Shown here: piece after piece, positions 48,262 through 58,838 of the stretch
Layout: every line of letters starts with the position of its first letter
Numbering within the stretch: position 1 is the stretch's first letter
Source: Patescibacteria group bacterium
Lineage (GTDB): Bacteria > Omnitrophota > Gorgyraeia > Gygaellales > Profunditerraquicolaceae
Reading direction: 5' to 3'
NCBI GenBank assembly: GCA_035506195.1
Contig: DATJPV010000023.1
Location: forward strand, 1,050 to 65,049
Length of the DNA: 64,000 nt
Translations under genes and position numbers: made by a program
The notes under the pieces: model-generated
Told to the model about the DNA's origin: nothing
Database searches by the model: none
What the model saw: the letters and a program-made list of their open reading frames with translations, nothing else

Positions 48262-48659
48262 TCTTGATTGGTCGCTATGTTGACGTGGCTGACGTTGAGC
48301 TGGCGGCACATATCCCAGACCTGCACCGCTGCCCCCAGTGATGTGCGTTTATCCGCTTTGATGAGGACGGACACATCCCGCTTAGCCACCTGCCGCAAGA
48401 GGCCCTCCAGTTCCTGGGCAGTCATGGCTTTGCCGTTGACATAGATGACGTTCTCGGCGGAGATGGCGATATCGATATTATCATATTTGACGACTTCGCT
48501 GGTGACCGCCTTAGGCAAATGTATCGCAATGCCCGGCTGCATGACAAAACTGGAAGTAAGCATGAAAAAAATCAACAGCAGGAATACCATATCGATGAGC
48601 GGGGCAATGTCTATTTGTTTGAGACCATGCTCAAGCTCCACATGCCGCTTGAAACGCAT
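48255..48659 (-). CDS. exbD: Biopolymer transport protein ExbD/TolR
   Basis: 134 aa. LIDMVFLLLIFFMLTSSF TM helix with the conserved Asp. ExbD/TolR family. Confidence 0.9.
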   Translation of the reverse strand: MRFKRHVELEHGLKQIDIAPLIDMVFLLLIFFMLTSSFVMQPGIAIHLPKAVTSEVVKYDNIDIAISAENVIYVNGKAMTAQELEGLLRQVAKRDVSVLIKADKRTSLGAAVQVWDMCRQLNVSHVNIATNQEQ

Positions 48660-48667
48660 GTATCCTC

Positions 48668-49300
48668 CTACTCCGTAAGGAAGTTGACCAATTCTGTCGC
48701 TGCTTTTTCCATTTCCAGGATCAGGGTATTGATCCGGCTCACCAAATAATTATAGGCTACAAACGTGGGTATCGCCACGATCAAGCCGGCTACGGTCGTC
48801 AGTAGCGCCTCCCAGATACCCCCTGCCAGGTCGCCGGGAGAAACGGGGTGAAAACTGGTAGCCTTAGCCTGAATGACCTGGAAACACCTGACCATCCCGG
48901 TCACTGTCCCCAATAAGCCGAGCAGCGGCGATATGTGCGCAATGGTAGCCAGGGCGGTAAGGTTCTTCTCAAGCTTCGGCACCTCATACAGGGAGGCATC
49001 TTCGATCGCCTCCTTTATCTGGGGACGAGGCCTGTCGTATTTGAGGATACCTGCCTTGAGTATGTGCGAGATCGGACTTTTGGTCTTATCGCAGGTTGCC
49101 AGCGCCTCTTTTATCTGGTGATGTTTCATCTTATCCAGGATCGTCGCCAGAAACTCAGCCGTATCTATCCTTATCTTGTGCAGGTACCAGAACTTATCCA
49201 AGATTATCGCCATGGCAAAGATCGAACAAAACAGTATCGGCCACATTACCGGCCCGCCTGCAAGAAACGTCTGCCACAACCCCATCTTGTACAAATCCAT
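48668..49300 (-). CDS. exbB: MotA/TolQ/ExbB proton-channel protein
   Basis: 210 aa. Three TM helices, and …TIAHISPLLGLLGTVTGMVRCFQ… typical of ExbB/TolQ. Confidence 0.9.
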   Translation of the reverse strand: MDLYKMGLWQTFLAGGPVMWPILFCSIFAMAIILDKFWYLHKIRIDTAEFLATILDKMKHHQIKEALATCDKTKSPISHILKAGILKYDRPRPQIKEAIEDASLYEVPKLEKNLTALATIAHISPLLGLLGTVTGMVRCFQVIQAKATSFHPVSPGDLAGGIWEALLTTVAGLIVAIPTFVAYNYLVSRINTLILEMEKAATELVNFLTE

Positions 49301-49301
49301 C

Positions 49302-51770
49302 TTATCCGCCTCCCTTGAGTTTCTGCGCGCCTATCGAATCTATCCGCTCCTGGGCGTATTTCGATTCCGGAGCGCCCATCGCAACGATCTTCTGGTAAAT
49401 CGTAAGTGCCTCCGGGAAATTCCCCTTGCTTTCGTAGATCGAAGCCACCCTCAATAAGGACCTAACGTTCAAATCGCCGTTATCGGGATACAGGTAGGTC
49501 ACCTGCAGATATTCCTGGATCGCTTCATCCGTTTTGCCCTGGGCCTCTCTGGTCTCGGCGATCTTGAACTGAAGGTGCGCCATTTCCTTCACCGGAACCA
49601 GATCCAGGCTTTTACGGTAAAACGCCACTGCATCGTCGTATTTTCCGATTTTGCGGTAAGACTCGGCGATCTTGGGATAAATCAGGTGCGCAAGGTTCGC
49701 ATACTCCTTCAGGACGTCTTGATAGGTACCCAGCGCCAGTTCCATCTGGTTCTGTTTCGCATAGATATCGGCGACGGCAATCAAGGCGGTAGCGGCAAGA
49801 TCGGATTTGGCCTGCTCCCTGACCTTATTGAAGTTGTCCAGCGCCGCCTGGTAGTCGGATTCCTCTTCGTAGATAGAGCCAAGCGCATAGCGGGCATCCG
49901 GCAGAAGGCTGCTATCGGGGAAATCTTTTATCAAAGATAAGAAATACTGCTTTGCCTGTTCTGCATCGTTGTGCCGGTAATAATACTCTCCTAGCCACCA
50001 GATAACCTCCGGGGTAAGCGTTGAAGAAGGATACTTGTCCCGCAGGAGCTTGAACCTTGCCATCGCCTCTTTTTCGTTGCCTGTCTGGTAATAGCAGTCG
50101 GCAATTTCATATTCCGATTTCTGCACCAATTCTGTGTCATTCGGATAGTTCTTGATGATCTCTTTGAAGACCTCGATCGCAGCGGGGAAATCCCCCAGAT
50201 TGAAAAGACTGGTCCCGCACAGGTATGCGGCCTGAGACTTAAGCTTGCTATCCTTGAATTCCCGGGGGAATCTTTCGAAGACTTCCCGACTGGCTTTGTA
50301 ATCTTCGCTTTGAAAATAGCTTAAGCCCAAAGCATAGGAAGCCTCATCAAGAAGTTTCGACTGAGGGAAATTGGTTTTCAAGCTCTGGAATGCGAGGATC
50401 GCGCCCGGATAGTTGCCTGATTTTAGCATCGTCAGCCCCAGCTGATATTGCACGTAATCGCCATACAGGCTGTCTGAATAATCTTTTAGTATCCCATCGT
50501 AGGTCTCGATGGCCTTGGGATAGTCGCCGGCATCCTGATAGGCATCCCCTATTTGGCAGAGGGTGGTGATCTTAATAATCTTGTCTTCGGTGCGCTGGGC
50601 CAGTTTTTGAAATTCTTCTATCGCTTTTTTGAACTCCCCCTCCTTTAGAAAAACCCAGGCCAGACCGTAATGCATCTTATCCACTATCTCGCGGGGCACT
50701 GTGCCGGGAGTCTTCTCCAGCGCCAGGGTATAAATATCTACGGCCTCTTTGTAGTTTCCCGCGTTGTAGAGTACATCGGCTTTGCCCAGATACGCCTGGC
50801 TTAAGACCACCGGATCCGAGGTCGCCGTGATGAGTTCCTCATACAAGGACTTTGCCGCCTCAAGCTGCTTGGTCTCAACCGCCAATATCGCCTTACCCAG
50901 AAGCAGCACCTCGCGGCTTGCCTTTTCCAAGGAGTCGGGGACAACGCCGGCAAACTCAGTCTCGCTTTCCTGGTAGCGCTTGAGCTTCAAGTAAGCCCAC
51001 CCCTTCCCCAGCTGCGAAAGGGAGTGCATCCGTTCATCCTTGGTGCTCAGGATGGCCTTGGCATACTCGTCTATCGACTCATTGAAATTATTCATGTAGT
51101 AATCTGCTTCGGCCAGGTAAAAATACAGGTAGGAAACTTTAGCGGTATCCTTGACATACGTCTTCAGGTACGCCACCGCACTCTCTTTCAACGCCGCATA
51201 TTCCTTGAGATTATAAAGACACTCGATGATCTTGAATTGCGCGTCCTGCACCAGGGCGTCTTTAGGAAAGCGGTTTTCTACGTTTTTGAAATTCGCCAGG
51301 GCGTCCGCAAAAGACTGTTCCTGGAACAGGCACCAGCCAAGGGAATAATATGCGGCCGCCAGATACGAAGACTGCGGAAAATTATCGATGATCTTCTTGT
51401 AGTATTCGGCGGCCTTGGAAAAGTTGTTGCCCCGGAAGTGCACCTCGGCGATCCAATAGTCAACCGCATCCTGAATATCCTTGGCAGCCGGCTGATTCTG
51501 AAGCCCTTCGAACTTGGCCAGGGCCTCCAGGAATTTCCCCTGATGGAAATAGCACTGCCCGGTAAGCAGGCTCGCCTGAGCTGCTAATGTCGAAGCCGGA
51601 TAATTGCTCATAAACCGGTCCAACAACTGCAGGCTCACATCGTAGAAGCCGTCGGCAAAGGCCTTGCGGGCGACAAAAAATGCCTCCTGCTCCTTGGATT
51701 CCTGAGCATACGAGGCACCCATGATCAGTGTTGCGCAAATAATAAGAAGGGAAATGATTCTAACCAGCAT
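49302..51770 (-). CDS. Large secreted tetratricopeptide-repeat (TPR) protein
   Basis: 822 aa. Signal peptide (MLVRIISLLIICATLIMGASYAQE), then about 18 or more TPR-like units (recurrent …A.YxLG…Y…G.Y..A… patterns). Lies immediately upstream of exbB. Confidence 0.85.
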   Translation of the reverse strand: MLVRIISLLIICATLIMGASYAQESKEQEAFFVARKAFADGFYDVSLQLLDRFMSNYPASTLAAQASLLTGQCYFHQGKFLEALAKFEGLQNQPAAKDIQDAVDYWIAEVHFRGNNFSKAAEYYKKIIDNFPQSSYLAAAYYSLGWCLFQEQSFADALANFKNVENRFPKDALVQDAQFKIIECLYNLKEYAALKESAVAYLKTYVKDTAKVSYLYFYLAEADYYMNNFNESIDEYAKAILSTKDERMHSLSQLGKGWAYLKLKRYQESETEFAGVVPDSLEKASREVLLLGKAILAVETKQLEAAKSLYEELITATSDPVVLSQAYLGKADVLYNAGNYKEAVDIYTLALEKTPGTVPREIVDKMHYGLAWVFLKEGEFKKAIEEFQKLAQRTEDKIIKITTLCQIGDAYQDAGDYPKAIETYDGILKDYSDSLYGDYVQYQLGLTMLKSGNYPGAILAFQSLKTNFPQSKLLDEASYALGLSYFQSEDYKASREVFERFPREFKDSKLKSQAAYLCGTSLFNLGDFPAAIEVFKEIIKNYPNDTELVQKSEYEIADCYYQTGNEKEAMARFKLLRDKYPSSTLTPEVIWWLGEYYYRHNDAEQAKQYFLSLIKDFPDSSLLPDARYALGSIYEEESDYQAALDNFNKVREQAKSDLAATALIAVADIYAKQNQMELALGTYQDVLKEYANLAHLIYPKIAESYRKIGKYDDAVAFYRKSLDLVPVKEMAHLQFKIAETREAQGKTDEAIQEYLQVTYLYPDNGDLNVRSLLRVASIYESKGNFPEALTIYQKIVAMGAPESKYAQERIDSIGAQKLKGGG

Positions 51771-51796
51771 AATCAGTGTATCCTACCACAGGGTAT

Positions 51797-54583
51797 CTAG
51801 CCGTTCAATACCTTTTTCAGGAACACGGCGGTATAGGAATCACGGTTATCGAGTATTTCTTCGGGAGCCCCGCTTGCCACCACCTGCCCGCCCCTGTCTC
51901 CGCCCTCCGGCCCCAAGTCAATGAGATAGTCGGCGCATTTGACCACCTCCAGGTTATGCTCGATGACCACAACGGTATTGCCTTTATCCACCAGCCTCTG
52001 GAGTACCGACAAAAGCTTTTCCACATCGGCAAAATGCAAACCCGTGGTCGGTTCGTCTAAAATATAAAGCGTCTTGCCGGTGGCGCGCTTGCTCAGCTCC
52101 GCGGAAAGCTTGACCCGCTGGGCCTCGCCGCCGGAAAGAGTAGTGGCGGATTGCCCCAATTGCATATACCCCAGCCCTACGTCATAAAGCGTCATCAGCG
52201 TATTCCTGATGCCGGGGATGTTACTGAATAAACCCATCGCCTCTTCGATGGTCATCTCAAGAACGTCGGCGATGGACTTGCCTTTATAACAGACCTCAAG
52301 CGTCGCCTCGTTAAAGCGCCTGCCCTTGCAGATATCGCACTTGACGTAGACATCCGGCAGGAAATGCATCTCTATTTTTTTAATCCCGTCCCCGCCGCAG
52401 GCTTCGCAACGCCCGCCTTTGACATTGAAGGAAAACCTCCCCGGCTTGTAGCCGTGCATCCGCGCTTCCGGTATCTTGCTGAAGAGGTCCCTGATATGGC
52501 TGTATATGCCCGTGTAGGTAGCAGGGTTGGAGCGAGGGGTCCTGCCGATGGGAGATTGATCAACTTCAATGACCTTATCGATATATTCGGCGCCGACCAG
52601 CTTCTGGTAAAGGCCGGGCTTCTCTTTTGCTTTATACAATCTCTGCATAAGGCTGCGATACAGAATCTCATCGACCAGGGTGGATTTTCCCGACCCCGAG
52701 ACTCCCGTCACGCATACGAATACCCCCAGGGGAAACTTGACGTCGATATTCTTAAGATTATGTTCCCGCGCCCCCTTGATCTCCAGAACCTTCTTCTGGT
52801 CATGCGGCCTTCTCTGTGCCGGCACCGGGATACGCAATTGTTTCCTCAGGTACCGGGCAGTAAGCGACTGCTGATTCTGCAGCAGGTCCGCCCGGGAGCC
52901 CGCAAAGACCACTTCTCCGCCGTGCCTGCCGGCGCCAGGGCCTAAATCCACGATGAAATCCGCGGTCATGATGGTTGATTCATCGTGCTCCACTATGATC
53001 AACGTATTACCGAGGTCCCGCAGGGTCTTTAAAGTCTGGATAAGCTTGACGTTATCCCGGGGGTGCAGGCCGATACTAGGCTCATCGAGGATATACAGCA
53101 CCCCTACCAACCCGGACCCCACCTGCGTAGCCAGGCGTATCCGCTGCGCCTCTCCTCCGGAAAGCGTCGAGCTTCTCCTGTCGAGCGTCAAATAATCAAG
53201 CCCGACGTCGATACAGAATTGCAGGCGCTGTAAGATCTCCTTGAGCACCTGATGCGCGATGAGCTTCTGTTTCTCGGATAATGAAAGGCGGCCGAAAAAA
53301 TCACGCGCTTGTTTTATCGGCATCCGAGATGCCTCGTGGATATTCTTGCCGTTGACGGTCACGGCAAGGCTTTCTTTTTTGAGCCGCGCGCCGCCGCAGG
53401 TAGGGCAAGGAAGGCTCGACATGAACCTGGATATCTCTTCTTTCAGGTAATCGCTGTCGGTCTGGCGGAAGAGCCTTTCCAGGTGCGGTAGCACTCCTTC
53501 AAAAGGCTTACCCCCTACCTCAACGTCGGTACCGTACAGAATGGCCTTTTGCACCTGACGGCTCAGCTTTTTAAAAGGAGTATCCAGGTCAAAGCCCATC
53601 TGGTGCGCAAGCTCGCGGATAAGCCAGCGATAATACAGGATGTAGCCCTTACCTCCGCGCTTCCAGGCTTCGATCGCCCCCTCATTGATCGTCTTATTCT
53701 TATCCGGCACGATGAAATCCGGATCGAATTCAAGCTTAGTCCCCAAGCCGTGGCAGTCGGGGCAGGCCCCGTAGGGGGAATTGAACGAGAATATGCGGGG
53801 TTCGACTTCCGGGTAGCTGATGCCGCACTGGGCGCAGGCATATTGTTCGCTAAAAACCAGATCGCGCTCCCGGACGTGGACAATGACGATGCCCTTGCCT
53901 GTTTTTAGCGCCGTCTCAACGGAATCGGTAAGGCGCTTCTTGATCTCGGGTTTAATGCTTAAACGGTCGACAACGACCTCGATATTGTGGACCTTGTATT
54001 TCTGGAGCTTTATCTTATCCGGCAGCTCATATATGCGGCCATCGATGCGGCAGCGCACAAAGCCTGCCTTCTGGATCTGGTTCAATATATCCCGGTACTC
54101 CCCTTTCCTGCCCCGGACCAGCGGCGCCAAAACCTGGATATCGCTTGCCGGCGGTAATGCCATGATCCGTTCAACGATCTCCTGCACGCTCTGCCGCTCT
54201 ATGGGCTGGCCGCACCGGTAGCAGGCGATACTCCCAACGCGGGCGTAAAGGAGCCGCAGGTAATCGTAGATCTCCGTCTGCGTGGCCACGGTAGAGCGGG
54301 GATTGCCTCCGGCCGTCCTCTGCTCGATGGCGATTGCCGGCGACAGGCCCTCGATGTATTCGACGTCAGGCTTCTGCAGCTGCTCTAAAAACTGGCGCGC
54401 GTACGCCGACAGGCTTTCCACATAGCGCCTCTGCCCTTCGGCATAAATAGTATCAAAGGCAAGGCTGGATTTGCCGGAGCCGGAAAGTCCGGTAACGACA
54501 ATAAGCTTATTACGGGGCAGCTTCAGATTTATATTTTTGAGGTTGTGTTCTTTGGCGCCTTTTATGACTATATATTCTTCCAT
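51797..54583 (-). CDS. uvrA: Excinuclease ABC subunit A (UvrA)
   Basis: About 928 aa. Two ABC modules ([15 protein letters not shown]…, [11 protein letters not shown]…), zinc-finger CxxC pairs, and LSGGEAQR signature motifs. Start taken at MEEYIV. Confidence 0.96.
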   Translation of the reverse strand: MEEYIVIKGAKEHNLKNINLKLPRNKLIVVTGLSGSGKSSLAFDTIYAEGQRRYVESLSAYARQFLEQLQKPDVEYIEGLSPAIAIEQRTAGGNPRSTVATQTEIYDYLRLLYARVGSIACYRCGQPIERQSVQEIVERIMALPPASDIQVLAPLVRGRKGEYRDILNQIQKAGFVRCRIDGRIYELPDKIKLQKYKVHNIEVVVDRLSIKPEIKKRLTDSVETALKTGKGIVIVHVRERDLVFSEQYACAQCGISYPEVEPRIFSFNSPYGACPDCHGLGTKLEFDPDFIVPDKNKTINEGAIEAWKRGGKGYILYYRWLIRELAHQMGFDLDTPFKKLSRQVQKAILYGTDVEVGGKPFEGVLPHLERLFRQTDSDYLKEEISRFMSSLPCPTCGGARLKKESLAVTVNGKNIHEASRMPIKQARDFFGRLSLSEKQKLIAHQVLKEILQRLQFCIDVGLDYLTLDRRSSTLSGGEAQRIRLATQVGSGLVGVLYILDEPSIGLHPRDNVKLIQTLKTLRDLGNTLIIVEHDESTIMTADFIVDLGPGAGRHGGEVVFAGSRADLLQNQQSLTARYLRKQLRIPVPAQRRPHDQKKVLEIKGAREHNLKNIDVKFPLGVFVCVTGVSGSGKSTLVDEILYRSLMQRLYKAKEKPGLYQKLVGAEYIDKVIEVDQSPIGRTPRSNPATYTGIYSHIRDLFSKIPEARMHGYKPGRFSFNVKGGRCEACGGDGIKKIEMHFLPDVYVKCDICKGRRFNEATLEVCYKGKSIADVLEMTIEEAMGLFSNIPGIRNTLMTLYDVGLGYMQLGQSATTLSGGEAQRVKLSAELSKRATGKTLYILDEPTTGLHFADVEKLLSVLQRLVDKGNTVVVIEHNLEVVKCADYLIDLGPEGGDRGGQVVASGAPEEILDNRDSYTAVFLKKVLNG

Positions 54584-54594
54584 GTGCAAAGGAT

Positions 54595-56418
54595 TTATGG
54601 TACGGCGTTCAATGCCTGCCAGGCCTTATCGGCGTTATCGTATTGTTTGAGCTTTTCATAGATCACCGCCAGGTTGTAGAGCGCCCGTCGGTCAGACGGG
54701 TCCAGCGCACGCGCAGCCTTCAACGCCCGCACTGCCTGAGGATAGACCTGTAATTTTCCGAAGGAGATGCCCGCAAGTATGTACATCTGGGGCGTAGGGC
54801 CGGCGGCGAGTTCCTTACCGATTATTCCCAGCGCCTGGCTGAATTCGCCTAAGCGCATGAGCGCAATGATCTCTTTCTCCTTCGGAGAGAATGCGGGGTC
54901 AAGCTCATCCTTGAAGACCTGCCCCTGTTCCTGCGCCAGAAGTTTCAGGCGGCGGTTGGCCTGCCAGTAAAAATAATCCCGCTCCAGCGCTGCCGCATAA
55001 GCCCGACGGGCCCGATCATACTGTTTCATCGCCCGATAAATATCCCCAAGCTGTATATAGGTGACCAGGTTTTCCGGTTCGCGCCGCGCCGACTGCCTGG
55101 CTTCGGCCAAGGCTTGCGCATAGAAGCCCCGCTGGGCCAAGGCAGATATTAAGAACGACCGGGTAATAAAGCTTACGGAGGGCTCCATCAGGGCCAGATT
55201 ACGGCGATAGAACGGAAGCTCCTGCCTCCAGCCACCGGCGTTGGCGAAGGTAGAAAACCCATACCCGCATACAAGGGCAGCCGACAGTATGAGCAGGACG
55301 GTCATGCTGCGTATCCGCAGGAGCAGGTATGCGGCTACCAGGAAAACCCCCCATGATGCCAGGTACACCCAATGCTCTTCGGCCGCCAGTGACCCCGGGA
55401 ATTTATACATAAATCTTATTAGATACGACAGCATCAGGATGAACCAGGTGATCCCGGTAAAGACCGCATACTTTCTTTTTTTAAAAGCGAAAATGGTTAT
55501 CGCCGTCAGCGCTACCGCTAGGACTACTGCCGCAAAGGCCCCAGCTGACCAGTATCCCGATACCGGCTTGATCATGCGCAATACATGCAGCCCCTGCGGA
55601 GCGATCAGGAGGCTGAGGTATTCGCGGATAACGCTCCAAAAATTAAGTACGTCTCGCCCGATCCCGTAGCCGCCCTGCGGGGCTATCCAGACGGGGACAA
55701 GCACGGTAAGCCGCAAGGTAATATAGAGGGCGAAAAGGCTGGCAAAGGATATGCAATGAGACACTAGCGACCCCCTCGGGACTTTCGCTTTCATCCCGAT
55801 ACAGGCGATATACAAAGGAATAAGCGCAAGGAAGCCCGCCTCCCGGGATAATAGCGCACAGGCAAAACTGGCCAGAGAAAGCAAGTAATATGTTTTCTTC
55901 GAAGAAGCCGCATATGCGCTATAGGATAGCAGGCTCAGCAAGACCCATACCGCCAACAGCAGTTCGCCGCGGTCGGCGATATAACAGACTGTCTCGGTAT
56001 GCAGGGGGTGTACGCAGAACAAAAGCGCGCTCAATAATGCCAGCGAAAAACTTGAAAACACGCGATACACAAGGGCAAACCCCAGGAACGTGACCAAGGC
56101 ATGAATAAGGACGTTCGTCAGATGGTAGCCTGCCGGATTCAGCTTCCAGATGTGGTATTCCAAGGCGTACGACAGGCTCATCAGGGGCCGGTAATATTTG
56201 TACCCTTCGTCGAATACGGAAAATTTGAACAGGTCGGTGGAAAAAAGCAGCGGCGCCTTATGCCAGTCTTTGATGAGCTCGTTCTGGACTATCAGGAATT
56301 TATCGTCGGCGACAAAGTCTCCGCGCAACACCTGGCAATACAGGACGACGGCGAGGAACAAAAAAAACAAAAAAATATAAATACCGGGTATGTTCTTTTT
56401 CATCTGTGTTAAAAACAC
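54595..56418 (-). CDS. GT-C-fold membrane protein with C-terminal TPR repeats (TMTC/DUF1736-like putative protein glycosyltransferase)
   Basis: 607 aa. First periplasmic loop has an ADDKF acidic motif, then [17 protein letters not shown]…[15 protein letters not shown], the hallmark block of TMTC/PMT-like GT-C enzymes. About 11 TM helices, followed by roughly 200 aa of TPR repeats. Confidence 0.55.
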   Translation of the reverse strand: MFLTQMKKNIPGIYIFLFFLFLAVVLYCQVLRGDFVADDKFLIVQNELIKDWHKAPLLFSTDLFKFSVFDEGYKYYRPLMSLSYALEYHIWKLNPAGYHLTNVLIHALVTFLGFALVYRVFSSFSLALLSALLFCVHPLHTETVCYIADRGELLLAVWVLLSLLSYSAYAASSKKTYYLLSLASFACALLSREAGFLALIPLYIACIGMKAKVPRGSLVSHCISFASLFALYITLRLTVLVPVWIAPQGGYGIGRDVLNFWSVIREYLSLLIAPQGLHVLRMIKPVSGYWSAGAFAAVVLAVALTAITIFAFKKRKYAVFTGITWFILMLSYLIRFMYKFPGSLAAEEHWVYLASWGVFLVAAYLLLRIRSMTVLLILSAALVCGYGFSTFANAGGWRQELPFYRRNLALMEPSVSFITRSFLISALAQRGFYAQALAEARQSARREPENLVTYIQLGDIYRAMKQYDRARRAYAAALERDYFYWQANRRLKLLAQEQGQVFKDELDPAFSPKEKEIIALMRLGEFSQALGIIGKELAAGPTPQMYILAGISFGKLQVYPQAVRALKAARALDPSDRRALYNLAVIYEKLKQYDNADKAWQALNAVP

Positions 56419-56478
56419 TGCCCTCTAACGATGAACCGCAGTACACAATTAGAGGGCAGGATTTTCTACCTTACTGTC

Positions 56479-56730
56479 TTATCTCTTTTTCTTTTTGCCG
56501 CCTCTTTTCATCTTGGCGCAGGACACGTCGCCTTTTTTGTCGATGAAATAGAGATAGCCCTCTTTCCTCTTGATGCCTAACTTCACGAGTTTTTTAGGGC
56601 TGCCGCCTTTTTTGCCGGCTCTGGCCATCTTGGCGCAGGACACGTCGCCCTGCTTATCAAGATAGTAAAGATACCCCTTTTCTCTCTTGACACCTGCCTT
56701 CGCTACTTTCTCTGCCATGTTATTCTTCAC
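56479..56730 (-). CDS. Small lysine-rich protein built from two tandem 39-aa repeats (unknown function)
   Basis: 83 aa. Two copies of AKAGVKREKGYLYYLDKQGDVSCAKMARAGKKGG / LVKLGIKRKEGYLYFIDKKGDVSCAKMKRGGKKKK. The underlying DNA has a 117-bp period, with catcttggcgcaggacacgtcgcc at 56509 and 56626. Confidence 0.5.
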   Translation of the reverse strand: MKNNMAEKVAKAGVKREKGYLYYLDKQGDVSCAKMARAGKKGGSPKKLVKLGIKRKEGYLYFIDKKGDVSCAKMKRGGKKKKR

Positions 56731-56759
56731 CTCCTTCCCTCACTTGTTTAGTGACACGT

Positions 56760-57587
56760 CTATGTTCCGATATGCAACGGATACGCAATCTGCCTGACGC
56801 AGGCGATTGCCGATAAAACCGCCAGATAACTGGTTTTAGGATTAGCGGGATGAATGACATTTTCAGTCCGTACCGTCATCGTGCCGGCATCGGATTCTAT
56901 ATCTATCTGGTGGGTATTTTTAGATACCCTCGGCGAAGCAACGATGCGCACCCTGGTCTTGGCCGGCCCGATACCGGCGATACTCAAAATCGCAGCCACG
57001 TTGATATTCTGCGGGAAAGCTTTTATGGCGGCGTTGGCGCTGCCCTCGAAGAGCACGGCATCTTTCTTGATAGCTGCCAGGTCGATACGGGCACTGTGCA
57101 CATAGGCTACGCCGCGGAATGCCCGCGGCGGTTTTGTCGTAGTCAGGGTGACCTTTTTTATCTTGCCGCAGGCGCAGGCCTTCAGGCCGTCAAGGCCGCA
57201 TACCGCCCCCGAAGGGATAAAGATGCGGCATCCGCGCTCCTGCGCTAAGGCAATCAGTTCTTTATAGCCCTCGATGATCCCGCCGACGCTCATGATCATG
57301 ATATCGCGCGATGCGCGCAGCGTTTTTTCGGCAATGGCATACGCCGCACCGGCAGCAGCTGCTTCAATGATCAGATCCGAACGCGCAATCAGCGCCTCCA
57401 GGCTTGCTACCGCAAGCCTGCTCCTGCCGCAGGCCTTCGCCAGGAGAGCGGCCCTTGCGTTGTCCGTATCGTACACACCGCATAGCGCCCCTCGCGCAGG
57501 AAAGTATTCGGCGATATATTTTGCCAGCGAAGAACCGATAGCGCCGCATCCTGCTATTCCTATCTTTATTGTGCAGGCTCCCCTCAC
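56760..57587 (-). CDS. nadX: L-aspartate dehydrogenase (NadX-like)
   Basis: 275 aa. N-terminal Rossmann IGIAGCGAIGSSLA. C-terminal blocks FIPSGAVCGLDGL…KPPRAF…VLFEGSANAAIKAFPQNINVAA…ANPKTS match Asp-DH (DUF108) family signatures. Confidence 0.8.
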   Translation of the reverse strand: MRGACTIKIGIAGCGAIGSSLAKYIAEYFPARGALCGVYDTDNARAALLAKACGRSRLAVASLEALIARSDLIIEAAAAGAAYAIAEKTLRASRDIMIMSVGGIIEGYKELIALAQERGCRIFIPSGAVCGLDGLKACACGKIKKVTLTTTKPPRAFRGVAYVHSARIDLAAIKKDAVLFEGSANAAIKAFPQNINVAAILSIAGIGPAKTRVRIVASPRVSKNTHQIDIESDAGTMTVRTENVIHPANPKTSYLAVLSAIACVRQIAYPLHIGT

Positions 57588-57591
57588 GTAT

Positions 57592-58437
57592 CTATCCTTT
57601 CAACTGGGCATTGTCGATGAGTCTGGTCTTGCCGATCCAGACCGCCAGGGCAAGCAGCGCCCCGCCTCTTATTTTCTTGACCGGTACCAGTCCGGAGGCA
57701 TCAACCAGCGTAATATAATCTATTTTTGACGGCTTGGCCGCCGCTACTATGTGCCGCACGCGCCTGAGGATGACATCGGCATCCCTGACCCCGGCATTGA
57801 CCAGCGCCTTCGCTTCGCCAATCCCCTGCGAAAGCGCAACCGCGCTCTTTCTTTCTCGCAAGTTAAGATACCGGTTCCGGGAACTTAATGCCAGGCCGTC
57901 CTTTTCGCGCACGATCGGCATCACCCTGATCTTGACGGCCAGATTCAGATCCGCGGCGATCCTGCGGATAATGAGCGCCTGCTGGGCATCTTTCTGCCCG
58001 AAATAGGCCACCGTCGGCCGCACGATGTTGAACAACTTGGTAACGACAGTTGCCACGCCCCGGAAATGCCCGGGCCGGAATGCTCCGCAAAGCCGCTGGC
58101 CAAGGTCCGCAGCCTCCACAAACGTCCCGTAACCTGCCGGGTACATCTGTTGCGCCGAAGGCAAAAAAATGAAATCGACGCCTGCCTTGCGGCATAGCCG
58201 GGCGTCGGCCGCCAGATCGCGGGGGTAACGGCTGAAATCCTCGTGCGCGCCGAATTGGGTCGGATTGACGAAGATGCTGACCACCACCCGCTCGTTTTCC
58301 CGGCGTGCCCGGCGGATAAGGCTCATGTGCCCCTCATGAAGCGCACCCATCGTCGGCACGAATCCCGTCGTACGAGCCTGGCGTAAAAGCTTCTCCGAAA
58401 TGGCCGACATATGCCTGACGCTGCGGATGATCTTCAT
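57592..58437 (-). CDS. panC: Pantoate--beta-alanine ligase
   Basis: 281 aa. …VPTMGALHEGHMSLIRRAR…VVSIFVNPTQFG… (HIGH-type nucleotidyltransferase motif of PanC). Confidence 0.94.
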   Translation of the reverse strand: MKIIRSVRHMSAISEKLLRQARTTGFVPTMGALHEGHMSLIRRARRENERVVVSIFVNPTQFGAHEDFSRYPRDLAADARLCRKAGVDFIFLPSAQQMYPAGYGTFVEAADLGQRLCGAFRPGHFRGVATVVTKLFNIVRPTVAYFGQKDAQQALIIRRIAADLNLAVKIRVMPIVREKDGLALSSRNRYLNLRERKSAVALSQGIGEAKALVNAGVRDADVILRRVRHIVAAAKPSKIDYITLVDASGLVPVKKIRGGALLALAVWIGKTRLIDNAQLKG

Positions 58438-58838
58438 ATGACCTCTAGAAGCGGCTTAAGCACAAACGGCCGCTCAAACATCCTCGGGTGAGGGATGGTC
58501 AGCTGCGCGGCAGTAATGACCCTGGCGTCATAGAGCAAAATATCCAGATCAATGACCCGGGGCCCCCAACGGACGGTCTTGACCCTGCCTATTTTTTTCT
58601 CGATCGCCTTCAACTTCTTAAGCAGCGCAAAAGGAGAAAAACAAGTCTGAATCTTCAGCGCGGCATTCAAAAAATCCCCCTGAAGCAAGGGCCCGCCCAC
58701 GGCTTTGGTCCTGATGGGGCGCGACATCTTTATAATACGGGTGCCTGCCAAAGCGTTTATTTTTTGCACTGCCGCTACGATATGCCGGCGCCGATCCCCC
58801 AGGTTAGAACCGATGCTCAAATAACAAATAGCCATCAA
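58434..58838 (-). CDS. folK: 6-hydroxymethyl-7,8-dihydropterin pyrophosphokinase (HPPK)
   Basis: 134 aa. …YLSIGSNLGDR…GPRVIDLDILLYD… are FolK motifs. Overlaps panC and dapL by 4 nt each. Confidence 0.92.
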   Translation of the reverse strand: MMAICYLSIGSNLGDRRRHIVAAVQKINALAGTRIIKMSRPIRTKAVGGPLLQGDFLNAALKIQTCFSPFALLKKLKAIEKKIGRVKTVRWGPRVIDLDILLYDARVITAAQLTIPHPRMFERPFVLKPLLEVI

